From an uncultured Acidobacteriota bacterium (GTDB taxonomy: Bacteria; Acidobacteriota; Vicinamibacteria; Vicinamibacterales; Fen-181): a DNA stretch of 64,000 nucleotides. Position numbers and translations under genes: made by a program. Every line of letters starts with the position of its first letter. Positions within the stretch are counted from its first letter, which is position 1. Location of the stretch: the NCBI GenBank assembly GCA_963776495.1, contig CAVZMW010000006.1:265119-329118 (forward strand), read 5' to 3'. The notes below the pieces were generated by a model that saw only the letters and a list, made by a program, of their open reading frames with translations, ran no database searches and had not been told where the DNA came from. Below, in pieces: positions 1 to 12,843 of the stretch.

Positions 1-189
1 TGGTGGAAGCGCCAGCAGACCGACCCCGAAGGGATGGCCGAGTTCGTGCGGCGCGAGCTGCCGTTCGGCCGGTTCGGCCGGGTCGAGGAGGTCGGCGACG
101 TGGTCGCGTTTCTCGCGTCGCCCCGCGCGAGCTGGATGAGCGGCGCCAGCGTGACGGTGGACGGGTGCCAGTCGCGGTCGTTGTTTTGA
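1..189 (+). CDS. SDR family oxidoreductase, C-terminal part (gene starts before the window)
   Basis: Frame 1 reads [62 protein letters not shown], a typical SDR C-terminus (PxGRxGxxEEV...FLAS..AS..SG....VDG). Not in the ORF track. Confidence 0.85.
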   Translation, partial: WWKRQQTDPEGMAEFVRRELPFGRFGRVEEVGDVVAFLASPRASWMSGASVTVDGCQSRSLF

Positions 190-202
190 GTCTCTCGCTC
201 TC

Positions 203-1288
203 ATGACCTTCGAAAAGCTCTACGGGGCGACGCCCATCGTCCGGACCTCCGCGCCGGGCCGCGTCAACCTGATCGGCGAGCACACCGACTACAACGGCGG
301 CTACGTGCTGCCCACCACGATCCCGCAGCGCACGACCGTGCAGCTGCAGCCGAGGCCGGGCGGGACGGTGCGCGCGCTCAGCGTCGGCGTGGGCCTGCCC
401 ACGCCGTTCGCGTACGTGGTCGGCACCGAGTCGCGCCGCGGCCGCTGGACCGACTACCTCCAGGGCGTCACGTGGGTGCTCTCGAGGGCCGGATTCGCGC
501 TGGGCGGCGCCGACATCCTGATCGAGTCCACGGTGCCGCTCGGCAGCGGCCTGTCGTCGAGCGCGGCGCTCGAGATCGCGCTGCTGCGCGCCTTCCGCGA
601 GGCCTTCTCGCTGCCCGTGGGCGACGTGCAGATGGCGAAGCTGGGGCAGCGGGCCGAGAACCAGTTCGTCGGCGCGCCGGTCGGCGTGATGGACCAGATG
701 GCGTGCACGCTGGCCGGCGACGGCGAGGCGCTGTTCCTCGACACGCGGTCGCTCGAGTGGAGCCTCGTCGCGATACCCGCCGCGGCGGAACTGGTCGTGA
801 TCAACTCGGGCGTCGCGCACAGCCACGCCAGGGGCGACTACCGGACGCGCCGCGCCGAGTGCGAGCAGGCCGCGCGACTGCTCGGCGTCGGCGCCCTCCG
901 GGACCTCGACGCGCGGGACCTGCCGCGGGTCATGGAACTGCCCGAGCCGCTCGGCCGCCGCGCGCGTCACGTGGTCACGGAAGACGACCGGGTGCTCGCG
1001 GCGGTGGGGGCCCTTCGGGCGGGCGACGTCGAAGCGCTCGGACGGCTGTTCTACGCCTCGCACGAGTCGATGCGCGACGACTACGAAGTGTCGATCCCCG
1101 AGATCGACCTCCTCGTGGAACTCGCGCGCGCGACGCCGGACGTCTACGGCGCCCGCCTGACCGGTGGCGGGTTCGGCGGGTCGGTGGTCGCGCTGGCGAA
1201 GCCTGGACGCGGCCGCGCCGTCGCTGACGCCGTCGCGGCTCAATACGCGGCCAGGTTGGGGAGGACGGCGACGGTGCTCGTTCCCTAA
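203..1288 (+). CDS. galK: Galactokinase
   Basis: APGRVNLIGEHTDYN signature, GHMP ATP loop PLGSGLSSSA, GVMDQ, GARLTGGGFGG. Confidence 0.97.
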   Translation: MTFEKLYGATPIVRTSAPGRVNLIGEHTDYNGGYVLPTTIPQRTTVQLQPRPGGTVRALSVGVGLPTPFAYVVGTESRRGRWTDYLQGVTWVLSRAGFALGGADILIESTVPLGSGLSSSAALEIALLRAFREAFSLPVGDVQMAKLGQRAENQFVGAPVGVMDQMACTLAGDGEALFLDTRSLEWSLVAIPAAAELVVINSGVAHSHARGDYRTRRAECEQAARLLGVGALRDLDARDLPRVMELPEPLGRRARHVVTEDDRVLAAVGALRAGDVEALGRLFYASHESMRDDYEVSIPEIDLLVELARATPDVYGARLTGGGFGGSVVALAKPGRGRAVADAVAAQYAARLGRTATVLVP

Positions 1289-1321
1289 CCGGCTGACGGC
1301 TGATGGCCGACGGCTGACGGC
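1289..1321. repeat. Tandem heptamer array (GGCTGAC/GGCCGAC), left arm
   Basis: ggctgac-ggctgat-ggccgac-ggctgac-ggc directly after the galK stop; reverse-complement arm at 2341-2370. Confidence 0.8.
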
Positions 1322-1415
1322 ATGGTCCGGCTTGCGACTCGCGCCTTGCGGCCGGACTGTCGACGGCCGTAGACTGGCGGCCGACAGCCTACACGCGGAA
1401 TTCGCAGGACGGTAC

Positions 1416-1439
1416 GTAGGGCGGGGCTTCAGCCCCGCC
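1416..1439. repeat. GTAG-type REP-like palindrome
   Basis: gtag-ggcggggct-tc-agccccgcc hairpin with a 5' GTAG tetranucleotide. Confidence 0.7.
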
Positions 1440-1470
1440 GACAAGGCGTTCGCCCCGGGTAGAGCTGAAC

Positions 1471-2300
1471 ATGACCAGTCACATGATTCCCGTTACCGCG
1501 ATCTTCCTCATCTCGTTCGCTCTGGCTGTTCCCGCGGCCTCCGGCTAGCCCCCGGCCTGGCAGGCTCGCATCGACGTTCCCGACATTCAATTCGTGGGGA
1601 TCGATGAGACCGGCGCCACCACCGTGTTCCATTTCCGCAACATGTCGGAACGGCGGCTGACGTCCTACACGTTCCAGTACACAAGCGTCGTCGGCACTCG
1701 ATGGGAAAGCGAGTCCGACTGGCTCTTGAGCGCCGAGCCGGGGCCCGCGCGCGGCGAGGTGTTCGACGTTCGATTGTGCGCCGAGGAGGCACGCGTGGTC
1801 AGAGATCGCAGCGTTGCCTTGGCAGCGGCGATCTTCGACGACGGCTCGGCCGAGGGGGATGCGCGCGCGATCCAGCTCCAGCGGTTCAAGCACCTCGGCC
1901 GGATTCTCGAGATGGCGAGAGTCGCAGCGATAGTTCAGCGGGCGAGCGAGTGGCCGGGAGACCGGGTGACCCGGGCAGAGTGTCGAAGGCCATCGGCCCG
2001 AGCCCAACGAACGAGGCCGAGGCGATGGCATCGGTGACTGGCGTAGCGTTTCCCGGTATCCAGTTGGACGCCGTGTTCAGGGACGCGGACGTCGAGCTGC
2101 GCCAGCGGCTTGAAGGCGGAATCCGGAACCAGCACCTCCTTGCGCTGGCCGCCATCGATCGATTGCCGGAGTTAACCTCGCAGCCGGGCGCGGCCAGGTC
2201 GCTCAAGGGCGGTCTCATCTGGCTGCGGGACCAAGACAAGCACTATCAAGTCGTTGCGGGCGCCGTCCTCGAGAGGTTCATTGAAGAGAACCGGAAGTAA
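1471..2300 (+). pseudogene. Disrupted secreted hypothetical protein (in-frame TAG plus probable frameshift)
   Basis: ATG1471 gives a signal peptide MTSHMIPVTAIFLISFALAVPAASG, then TAG at 1546-1548, then continues in frame into ORF 1594-2037. Protein-like sequence moves to the frame of ORF 1701-2300 near 1960-1990. Confidence 0.6.
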
Positions 2301-2340
2301 TGGAGCTTGTCGACAGGTTGATGATGCGCGCGTGACAAGG

Positions 2341-2370
2341 TCGTCAGCCTTCAGTCGTCAGCCGTCGGCC
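2341..2370. repeat. Tandem heptamer array (GTCAGCC-type), right arm
   Basis: tcgtcagcc ttcagtc gtcagcc gtcggcc, the reverse complement of the 1289-1321 unit. Confidence 0.7.
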
Positions 2371-2480
2371 TGCTCTGGAGCCCGACACCGCCGGGAGCCG
2401 AGAGCCCAGAGCCTTCTTTTGTCCTCCATTCGCCTTTCGCCTCTTGATCGGTACATGACCCACTGGTACCATCCTCCTCC

Positions 2481-5111
2481 ATGGCCAGACCCACGCGCGG
2501 TGAAGACGTCGAACGCCAGCCCGGGAACGACCGGCTCGCGCTGCGCGAGCAGGGCGCCGTCTCGCGCGAGCAGGCCCTGCAGGCTGCCATGCACCAACTG
2601 GTCCCCTCCTGGACCCGGGACCGCGCCGATTCGCCCGACGAGGTCGTTACTGCCGTCCGCCGGATGCCTGAGGCCGAGGCCCGGCTGGCGCCGGTTCCCG
2701 AGGGCGTCGATCCGCGCCTGGTGGCGGCCCTCTCGAGCCGCGGCATCACCGAGCTCTACACGCACCAGGCCGAGGCCGTCGCGCACGCCCTGGCCGGCCG
2801 GAGCGTCGTCGTCACGACGCCAACCGCGTCGGGCAAGACGCTCTGCTACAACATCCCCGTCCTGAACTCGATCCTGAGCGACCCGTCCACGCGGGCGCTC
2901 TACCTGTTTCCGACCAAGGCGCTCGCCCAGGATCAGCTCGCCGAACTCGATCGCCTGGCGCAGGTGATCAACGAGACCGCAGGCCTCGATCTCGGCGTCT
3001 TCACCTACGACGGCGACACGCCCCAGGACGCGCGCCGGGCCATTCGCGCGCGGGCGCAGGTGATCCTGACCAACCCCGACATGCTGCACGCGGGGATCCT
3101 GCCGCACCACCCGAAGTGGGCGCGGCTGTTCGAGAACCTCCGCTACGTCGTCATCGACGAGCTGCACGCCTATCGCGGCGTGTTCGGCAGCCACCTCGCC
3201 AACGTCCTGCGCCGGTTGCGCCGCATCTGCCAGCACTACGGTTCGGACCCGATCTTCATCTGTTCCTCGGCCACCATCGCCAACCCGCGGGAGCTGGCGG
3301 AGCGGCTGACCGAGCGGCCGTTCGAGCTGGTCGAGGAGAGTGGGGCGCCGCGCGGCGAGAAGTTCTTCTTCTTCGTCAACCCGCCGATCGTCAACAAGCA
3401 ACTCGGCATCCGCCGGTCCTACACGCAGGAAACCCGCCGCGTCACGCTCGAGTTCCTCCGCCGCGGTCTGCAGGTCATCGTGTTCGCGCAGAGCCGGCTG
3501 GTCACCGAGATCCTCACGCGCTACCTGAAGGACACGATCCAGGGACCGCCCGGCGCCGACGATGCCGTGAGAGGGTACCGGGGCGGCTACCTGCCGAACC
3601 GGAGGCGCGAGATCGAGAAGGGCCTGCGCGACGGCGAAGTCCGCGCCGTCGTCGCGACCAGCGCGCTCGAGTTGGGGATCGACATCGGCGCGCTCGACGT
3701 CGCCGTGCTCGCGGGCTACCCGGGCACGATCGCGGCGACCTGGCAGCGCGCCGGCCGCGCCGGCCGCCGCGCGGGCCAGTCGGCCGCGGTGCTCGTGGCC
3801 AGCAGCGCCCCGCTCGACCAGTACGTCGTCCGCAACCCGTCGTACTTCTTCGACGCCTCGCCCGAGCACGCGCTCATCAACCCTGACAACCTGCAGATCC
3901 TGGTCGCGCACATCAAGTGCGCCGCCTTCGAGCTGCCGTTCGGCGCCCACGAGGTGTTCGGCCGCGAGAGCGTGCAGGACATCCTGCAGATCCTCTCGGA
4001 GGAAGGGCTCGTGCACCTGGCCGAGGGACAGGCGCCCGGCGAGGAGGCGCACTGGCACTGGACGAACGAGTCCTACCCGGCCGACGCCATCAGCCTGCGG
4101 TCGGTGTCGTCGGACAACTTCGTGGTCGTCGACAACACGGACCACACGCGCGTCATCGGCGAGACCGACTTCACGAGCGCCCCCTCGACGCTCCACGAGA
4201 AGGCGATCTACATCGTCGAAGGCACGCTCTACCAGGTCGAGAAGCTCGACTTCGAGAACCGGAAGGCCTTCGTCCGACATGTCGAGTGCGACTACTACAC
4301 CGACGCCATCCGCTACGACCGTGTCACGATTCTGGACACGTTCGAGACCGCCCCGGTCGGTCCTCCGGTTGAGATAGCGCAGGGCTTCCCGCCTTCGCCC
4401 GGCGGGGATTTCCCCGGGCTTCGGCGAGGCCTCGCCGAAGCGCATCGCGCGGAGGCGGGCAGCGCTGCGCCACGCCCGCCCCTCTGGTCCCACGGCGAGG
4501 TCCACGTCGTCTCGCGCGTGGTCGGCTTCAAGAAGATCAAGTTCTACACCAACGAGAACGTCGGCTCCGGCGAGCTGGACCTGCCCGAGCAGGAGATGCA
4601 CACGACCGGCTGCTGGTTCACGATCCCCCGGGCGGTGATGACCTCGCTGCCGTACGGCGGCGACGACCGGCGCGACGGCGTGATCGGCGTCGCCTTCGCG
4701 ATGCGCCAGGTCGCGCAGCTCCTGCTCATGTGCGACCGTCACGACATCGGCGTGTCGATCGGCAACGGCACCGCGATCGACGTGCCGCAGGACGTCATTC
4801 TGGGCGGCGGGGAAGCCGGCGCCGGCGGCGCGTCGGGTACCGTTGCCACGCTCGGCCGCGGGCGCGCGGCCGGGCAGGCGCCGGTGGACTACGACGAGCC
4901 GCGGGTGTTCGTCTACGACAACTACCCGGGCGGCATCGGCTTGTCCGAGCCGCTGTTCTCGATGCGGCAGGCGCTCGTCGAGAAGACGCGCGACCTCATC
5001 GCGACCTGCCCCTGCGAGTCGGGCTGCCCGTCGTGCGTGGGGCCGCTCGGCGAGGTCGGGCCGCTGGCCAAGCGGGTCGCGCTCGACATTCTCGCGCGTG
5101 TTTCCCGGTAG
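2481..5111 (+). CDS. DEAD/DEAH-box helicase with C-terminal DUF1998 (MrfA/YprA/SftH family)
   Basis: TPTASGKT, PTKALAQDQ, DELHAYRG, SSATIANP, TSALELGIDIG, QRAGRAGR and C-terminal CPCESGCPSC; followed by a YprB-like nuclease. Confidence 0.93.
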   Translation: MARPTRGEDVERQPGNDRLALREQGAVSREQALQAAMHQLVPSWTRDRADSPDEVVTAVRRMPEAEARLAPVPEGVDPRLVAALSSRGITELYTHQAEAVAHALAGRSVVVTTPTASGKTLCYNIPVLNSILSDPSTRALYLFPTKALAQDQLAELDRLAQVINETAGLDLGVFTYDGDTPQDARRAIRARAQVILTNPDMLHAGILPHHPKWARLFENLRYVVIDELHAYRGVFGSHLANVLRRLRRICQHYGSDPIFICSSATIANPRELAERLTERPFELVEESGAPRGEKFFFFVNPPIVNKQLGIRRSYTQETRRVTLEFLRRGLQVIVFAQSRLVTEILTRYLKDTIQGPPGADDAVRGYRGGYLPNRRREIEKGLRDGEVRAVVATSALELGIDIGALDVAVLAGYPGTIAATWQRAGRAGRRAGQSAAVLVASSAPLDQYVVRNPSYFFDASPEHALINPDNLQILVAHIKCAAFELPFGAHEVFGRESVQDILQILSEEGLVHLAEGQAPGEEAHWHWTNESYPADAISLRSVSSDNFVVVDNTDHTRVIGETDFTSAPSTLHEKAIYIVEGTLYQVEKLDFENRKAFVRHVECDYYTDAIRYDRVTILDTFETAPVGPPVEIAQGFPPSPGGDFPGLRRGLAEAHRAEAGSAAPRPPLWSHGEVHVVSRVVGFKKIKFYTNENVGSGELDLPEQEMHTTGCWFTIPRAVMTSLPYGGDDRRDGVIGVAFAMRQVAQLLLMCDRHDIGVSIGNGTAIDVPQDVILGGGEAGAGGASGTVATLGRGRAAGQAPVDYDEPRVFVYDNYPGGIGLSEPLFSMRQALVEKTRDLIATCPCESGCPSCVGPLGEVGPLAKRVALDILARVSR

Positions 5112-5191
5112 GGGTCGGAGCGGTTTTTCGCGCTTGCAAATCTGTAACGACGGTTTTGTAATCGCGAAAAACCGCTCCGACCCCTACCGGG
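5104..5191. repeat. REPIN-like palindrome (29-bp perfect inverted repeat, GTAG type), copy 1
   Basis: cccggtaggggtcggagcggtttttcgcg-N30-cgcgaaaaaccgctccgacccctaccggg; a second copy lies in opposite orientation at 51647-51732. Confidence 0.9.
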
Positions 5192-5204
5192 TAGAATCGA
5201 TCCT

Positions 5205-6719
5205 GTGGACCGCACCGCTCTCGCCGCTCGCATCCAGGAGATCCTGAAGAAGAGGCAGACGCCCGCGCCGGGCGCCACGGGTGCCGGAGCCGGCGCGCCG
5301 GCCGGCAGTGCTTTGCGCCGCCAGGTGACACGCGCGGCCGAAGGCGACGAAGAGGCGGCGTTTGCCGCCCGTTGCGTGGCGGCCGAAGCGTCGGCCGGGG
5401 TCCTCGACGTGCTCGGAGCCACCATTCTCGACGGCGCGCACGGACAGTGCGTCGTCATCGACCGGCACTACCCGGCGTCCCAGCGCCACGGCCACGACCA
5501 CATCGAGCGCTACCTGTCTGCCGCGCGCAGTTCGCTCGGCGCGCTGCCGCGGTTCCTCGACCGGTACAGGACGGCCACGGCCGGACCCGGTGCCGACGCC
5601 CCTCCGAGGCTCGTCTGTTTCGACCTCGAGACGACCGGCCTCAGCGGCGGCGCGGGCACCTACGCCTTCCTCGTCGGCTTCGGGTATTTCGACGACAACG
5701 GGTTCAGGACGCGGCAGTTCTTCCTCCGAGGATTCGGCGAGGAGCGGGCGCTGCTTCGAGCGGTCGAGGAGGAAGTCGTCTCGGGCGAGGCGGCGGGCCG
5801 GACGGTGCTCGTGACCTACAACGGCCGGGCGTTCGACGTGCCGCTCATCGACACCCGGTACCAGATGCACCGGCTCAAATCGCCGTTCGGGGCGTTGCCG
5901 CACGTAGACATGCTGTTCCCGGCGCGGAGACTTTGGAAGCGACGGGCGCAACAGGCTGACGGCCGACGGCCGACGGCTGACGGCGGCTATCGGCCAGGCG
6001 CGGCCGTCGGTCGTCACTCGTCAGCCGTCAGTCGTCAGCCGTCAGCCCTCAGACTGGAAGAATCGGCTCCCGGTTCTTGCGCCCTGACCGCGATCGAGCG
6101 CGACGTGCTCGGTCTCGATCGCCCGGACGACGTGCCGGGTTGGGAAATCCCCGCGCGCTACTTCGGCTACACGCGGACCGGCGATGCCGCCGGCCTGGCC
6201 GCCGTGCTCGAGCACAACCGGCTGGACCTGGTGTCGCTCGGCGCGGTGGCCGCGGTGATCCTGGAGATGGTCGAAACGGGTGCCGACGCCGACCGCGGGC
6301 GCCACGACCGCCTTGCGCTCGGCCGGCTCCTCGAGTCGCTCGGTCGCCTGGCGGAAGCCGAGCGCTGCTTTGCCGCCGCGGCGCTGGCCGACGGCACGGC
6401 GGAGCGCGAGACGGACCGGATGGCCAGGGCCGAGGCGCTGCACTGGCTGGCGCTGCACCGGCGCCGGGCCAGGCGGTTCGACGACGCGGCGGCTGCCTGG
6501 GTGGAGTTGGCCGGGATTCCCGGCATCGACGCGGAGCGTCGCCGCGAAGCGCTCGAGGCGCTCGCCGTTCACCACGAGCACCGCGTGAAGAACCTCCGGC
6601 AGGCGCGCGAGTTCGCGCTCTCGGCGCTCGACCTGGCCGACGATGCGAAACGCGTGGATGAAGTCAGGCACCGGCTCGGACGGCTGTCGAGGAAACTCGG
6701 CGGCGACGCCGGCCGCTGA
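5205..6719 (+). CDS. YprB/MrfB-like RNase H-fold (DEDD) exonuclease with C-terminal TPR-like helices
   Basis: CFDLETTGLSGGAGT, VTYNGRAFDVP, HVDML, DDVPGWEIPARYF, HNRLD; downstream of the DUF1998 helicase as in B. subtilis mrfAB. Confidence 0.9.
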   Translation: MDRTALAARIQEILKKRQTPAPGATGAGAGAPAGSALRRQVTRAAEGDEEAAFAARCVAAEASAGVLDVLGATILDGAHGQCVVIDRHYPASQRHGHDHIERYLSAARSSLGALPRFLDRYRTATAGPGADAPPRLVCFDLETTGLSGGAGTYAFLVGFGYFDDNGFRTRQFFLRGFGEERALLRAVEEEVVSGEAAGRTVLVTYNGRAFDVPLIDTRYQMHRLKSPFGALPHVDMLFPARRLWKRRAQQADGRRPTADGGYRPGAAVGRHSSAVSRQPSALRLEESAPGSCALTAIERDVLGLDRPDDVPGWEIPARYFGYTRTGDAAGLAAVLEHNRLDLVSLGAVAAVILEMVETGADADRGRHDRLALGRLLESLGRLAEAERCFAAAALADGTAERETDRMARAEALHWLALHRRRARRFDDAAAAWVELAGIPGIDAERRREALEALAVHHEHRVKNLRQAREFALSALDLADDAKRVDEVRHRLGRLSRKLGGDAGR

Positions 6720-6857
6720 CCCGTCGGGGTGATCTGGGACGGAGACGGAGGAGTGAGCTGAGGCAGCCGGGCCTCGAGGTTCGAGGCCCGGGAACGGCGG
6801 CAGGCGGTCCCGCCTTCCGTTCCCGGTCTCGGTGTCCCTATGCCCGGAGGCGGAGAG

Positions 6858-7139
6858 CTACGCCGTCGGGGCGGCGGGTGCCTCGGGCGCCTTGCCGGCG
6901 GTCTTCTTCGCCTTCGCGGCCTGCTTGCGGGCCTCGGAGGTCTGCGCGCCGAATTTCTTGGTGAACCGCTCCACCCGGCCCTCGGTGTCGATCAGCTTCT
7001 GGCGGCCGGTGAAGAACGGGTGGCACTGCGAGCAGATTTCCAGCCGGAGCTCGTCCTTGGTGGACCGGGTCTTCCAGGTCGCCCCGCACGCGCACCGAAC
7101 TTCGACTTCCTTGTACTTCGGGTGGATGCCTTCCTTCAC
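6858..7139 (-). CDS. rpmE: 50S ribosomal protein L31 (zinc-binding form)
   Basis: GTG start after AGAAGGAG; MKEGIHPKY...CACG...[12 protein letters not shown]...DTEGRVERF. Confidence 0.97.
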   Translation of the reverse strand: MKEGIHPKYKEVEVRCACGATWKTRSTKDELRLEICSQCHPFFTGRQKLIDTEGRVERFTKKFGAQTSEARKQAAKAKKTAGKAPEAPAAPTA

Positions 7140-7187
7140 GTCGAGCTCCTTCTGAGTGGTCCGAACCATCAAGTGTAGCACACGACC

Positions 7188-7248
7188 GGCTCAAGGCTCA
7201 TGGCTTAGGGCTCAGGGACCGCCTGAGCCTTGGGTCTTGAGCCCTGAG
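7188..7248. repeat. Inverted heptamer arrays (GGCTCAR ... YTGAGCC)
   Basis: ggctcaa ggctcat ggcttag ggctcag ... ctgagcc ttgggtc ttgagcc ctgagtc; the same family recurs at 8235-8300, 18375-18437, 31441-31480 and 48905-49010. Confidence 0.8.
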
Positions 7249-7249
7249 T

Positions 7250-8212
7250 CTAACGTGCCGGCGTCCTGTCCCACCGGTGTTCCCGCAACCGGCCAACCAG
7301 CGCGGGCGGCAGGCGCCGGCCGTCGCCGGCGGCCAGGTTGGCCTCGACGTGGCGGACCCGCCTCATGCCGGGGATCGTGGTCGTCACCGCGGGGTGCTCG
7401 AGGATGAATCGCAGCGCCAGTTCGGGCAGCGTCATGCCGTCCGGCACGTCCGCCTTCAGCCGTGCGACCCGGTCGAGCGTGGCCTCGAGGGTCTCCGGCT
7501 TGAAGTAGGTCGTTCGCCAGTCCCCCTCCGGAAACGTCACGCCCGGCGCCAGCGCGCCCGTCAGGCTGCCCTCGTCGAACGGCACGCGGGCGATCACGGC
7601 GACGTCCAGCTCGCGGCAGAGCGGGAACAGCTCGTCCTCGGGGTTCTGGTCGAACACGTTGTAGACGACCTGCACGCAATCGACGAGCCCCGTGCGGAGC
7701 GCCTCGGTCGCACTCGCCGGCTCCCACCGGTTGAGGCTGAGGCCGAAGGCCCCGATGAGCCCCTCGCGCTTCAGGTCGTCCACGGCCCGCTGCCACCGCT
7801 CGTCGTCGGCCCACGCGTCGGACCAGACGTGGAGTTGCTGCAGGTCCACGCAGTCGAGCCCCAGGTTCTCGAGGCTTCTCTCCGTCATCTCGCGGATGTA
7901 GTCGGGCGGGAAGACCTCTTCGAGGGGATAGTCGGCGCGCGCGGGGAAGCGTCCGTTCTTCGGCGGGACCTTGGTGGCGACCAGGACTCGGTCGCCCCGC
8001 CAGCCGCGGAGCACCTGGCCGAGCAGCCGCTCGCTGTGGCCCTTGCCGTACGCGAAGGCCGTGTCGAAGAAGTTGCAGCCGAGGGCCAGCGCCCGCTCCA
8101 TCGCCTGCATCGACTCGGCATCGTCCGAGCCGGTCCAGCCCGCCATGCCCCAGGTGCCGTAGCCGATCTCGGAGACGAGCCAGCCCACGCGCGGAAAGAC
8201 TCGATACTGCAC
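7250..8212 (-). CDS. Aldo/keto reductase
   Basis: VSEIGYGTW, FFDTAFAYGKGHSE, VATK, SLENLGLDCVDLQQLH, QVVYNVF. Confidence 0.93.
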   Translation of the reverse strand: MQYRVFPRVGWLVSEIGYGTWGMAGWTGSDDAESMQAMERALALGCNFFDTAFAYGKGHSERLLGQVLRGWRGDRVLVATKVPPKNGRFPARADYPLEEVFPPDYIREMTERSLENLGLDCVDLQQLHVWSDAWADDERWQRAVDDLKREGLIGAFGLSLNRWEPASATEALRTGLVDCVQVVYNVFDQNPEDELFPLCRELDVAVIARVPFDEGSLTGALAPGVTFPEGDWRTTYFKPETLEATLDRVARLKADVPDGMTLPELALRFILEHPAVTTTIPGMRRVRHVEANLAAGDGRRLPPALVGRLREHRWDRTPAR

Positions 8213-8309
8213 GGGCTCGTCTCCTCAGGTGGCCGGCTCAGGGCTCAGGACTCAAGGCCCAAGCCGGCTCGAGGCCCTGGGCCGCTCGAGCCCTGAGCCT
8301 GTTGCGCGG

Positions 8310-8942
8310 TCAGCCCGTCAATCCGCGCAACTGCTGCCACAGCTCGTCGAGGCCCTGGCCCTTGAGCGCCGACACGGCGAGCGGCTCGTGCCCGAACGCC
8401 TGTCGGCACGCCTTCGAGAGCCCGGTCCGTTCCGCCTGCGACAGCTTGTCCACCTTGGTGGCGACCAGCATGTACGGCACGCCGAGAGACGCCAGCCAGT
8501 GCCAGGCGTCAACGTCGCTCGACATGCCGGGATGCCTCGCGTCGATGGCGAGCACGACGCCGCGCAGCGCCGAACGGGTTGGCGTCGTCGTCGTAGGCCC
8601 GCGCCCCAGGCCGCCGGCCCGGCTGCCGAAGTAGAGCGAGGTCATGCCGCTGAACTCCTCGCGCGCCTGCTCGCCGCCGCCCGCGTGGCCGTAGCCGGGC
8701 AGGTCCATCAGGTAGAAGGGGAGACCGCCGCCCGGGGAGATGCGGTAGACGTTGACCTGCCGGGTCTTGCCGGGCGTGCTGCTCGTCCGCGCGACGTCCT
8801 GCCGGACGAGCGCGTTGATCAGGCTGGACTTGCCGACGTTCGATCGGCCCGCGAACGCCACTTCGGGACGTCCGTCGGCGGGGAAGTCCGCCGGCTTGAC
8901 GGCGGAGATCACGAATTCAGCGGAAGCGACTCGCCGGGGCAT
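8310..8942 (-). CDS. engB: Ribosome biogenesis GTPase EngB/YihA/YsxC
   Basis: AFAGRSNVGKSSLIN, TPGKT, DLPGYG, TKVDK; directly downstream of lon. The long ORF 8310-11099 is an upstream extension artefact. Confidence 0.93.
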   Translation of the reverse strand: MPRRVASAEFVISAVKPADFPADGRPEVAFAGRSNVGKSSLINALVRQDVARTSSTPGKTRQVNVYRISPGGGLPFYLMDLPGYGHAGGGEQAREEFSGMTSLYFGSRAGGLGRGPTTTTPTRSALRGVVLAIDARHPGMSSDVDAWHWLASLGVPYMLVATKVDKLSQAERTGLSKACRQAFGHEPLAVSALKGQGLDELWQQLRGLTG

Positions 8943-9001
8943 GTATGGCAGCGTGACGGCGTGGAAGGCCCGGAGCCTGAAGCCGTGAGCCCTGAGCCTT
9001 C

Positions 9002-11392
<2,391 letters not shown>

Positions 11393-11408
11393 TTATGTGA
11401 TTCCACCC

Positions 11409-11557
11409 AGGATTCAGGAGTCGGGATTCAGGATTCAGGAATCGGGATTCAGGAGTCGGGATCCGGTTCTGTCACGCCGCCCACTTCTTGAGACGCCGGA
11501 ACGTCGGATCCGGATCCCGCGTGCCGCCTGAATCCCGAATCCTGGTTCCCGAATCCT
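11409..11557. repeat. Inverted heptamer arrays (GATTCAG/GAGTCGG ... GAATCCC)
   Basis: ggattca ggagtcg ggattca ggattca ggaatcg ... tgaatcc cgaatcc ... cgaatcc between clpX and lon. Confidence 0.8.
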
Positions 11558-11563
11558 CCGTCC

Positions 11564-12811
<1,248 letters not shown>

Positions 12812-12843
12812 GGTGAGGGAATACCCCGGCGCGGACCCGGACG

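Noticed and set aside
1546-1548. Pyrrolysine or stop-codon readthrough at the in-frame TAG
   Set aside because: The same gene also appears frameshifted, TAG is a normal stop for many genes here, and no pyl genes are present.
2481-6719. DISARM/Druantia-type defence system suggested by the DUF1998 helicase
   Set aside because: The partner is a YprB/MrfB-type exonuclease and no methylase, SNF2 helicase or PLD gene is adjacent, which fits MrfAB-type DNA repair.
6766-6825. Intrinsic terminator or ncRNA between the nuclease gene and rpmE
   Set aside because: GC-rich hairpins are present but lack U-tracts or a recognisable RNA family signature.
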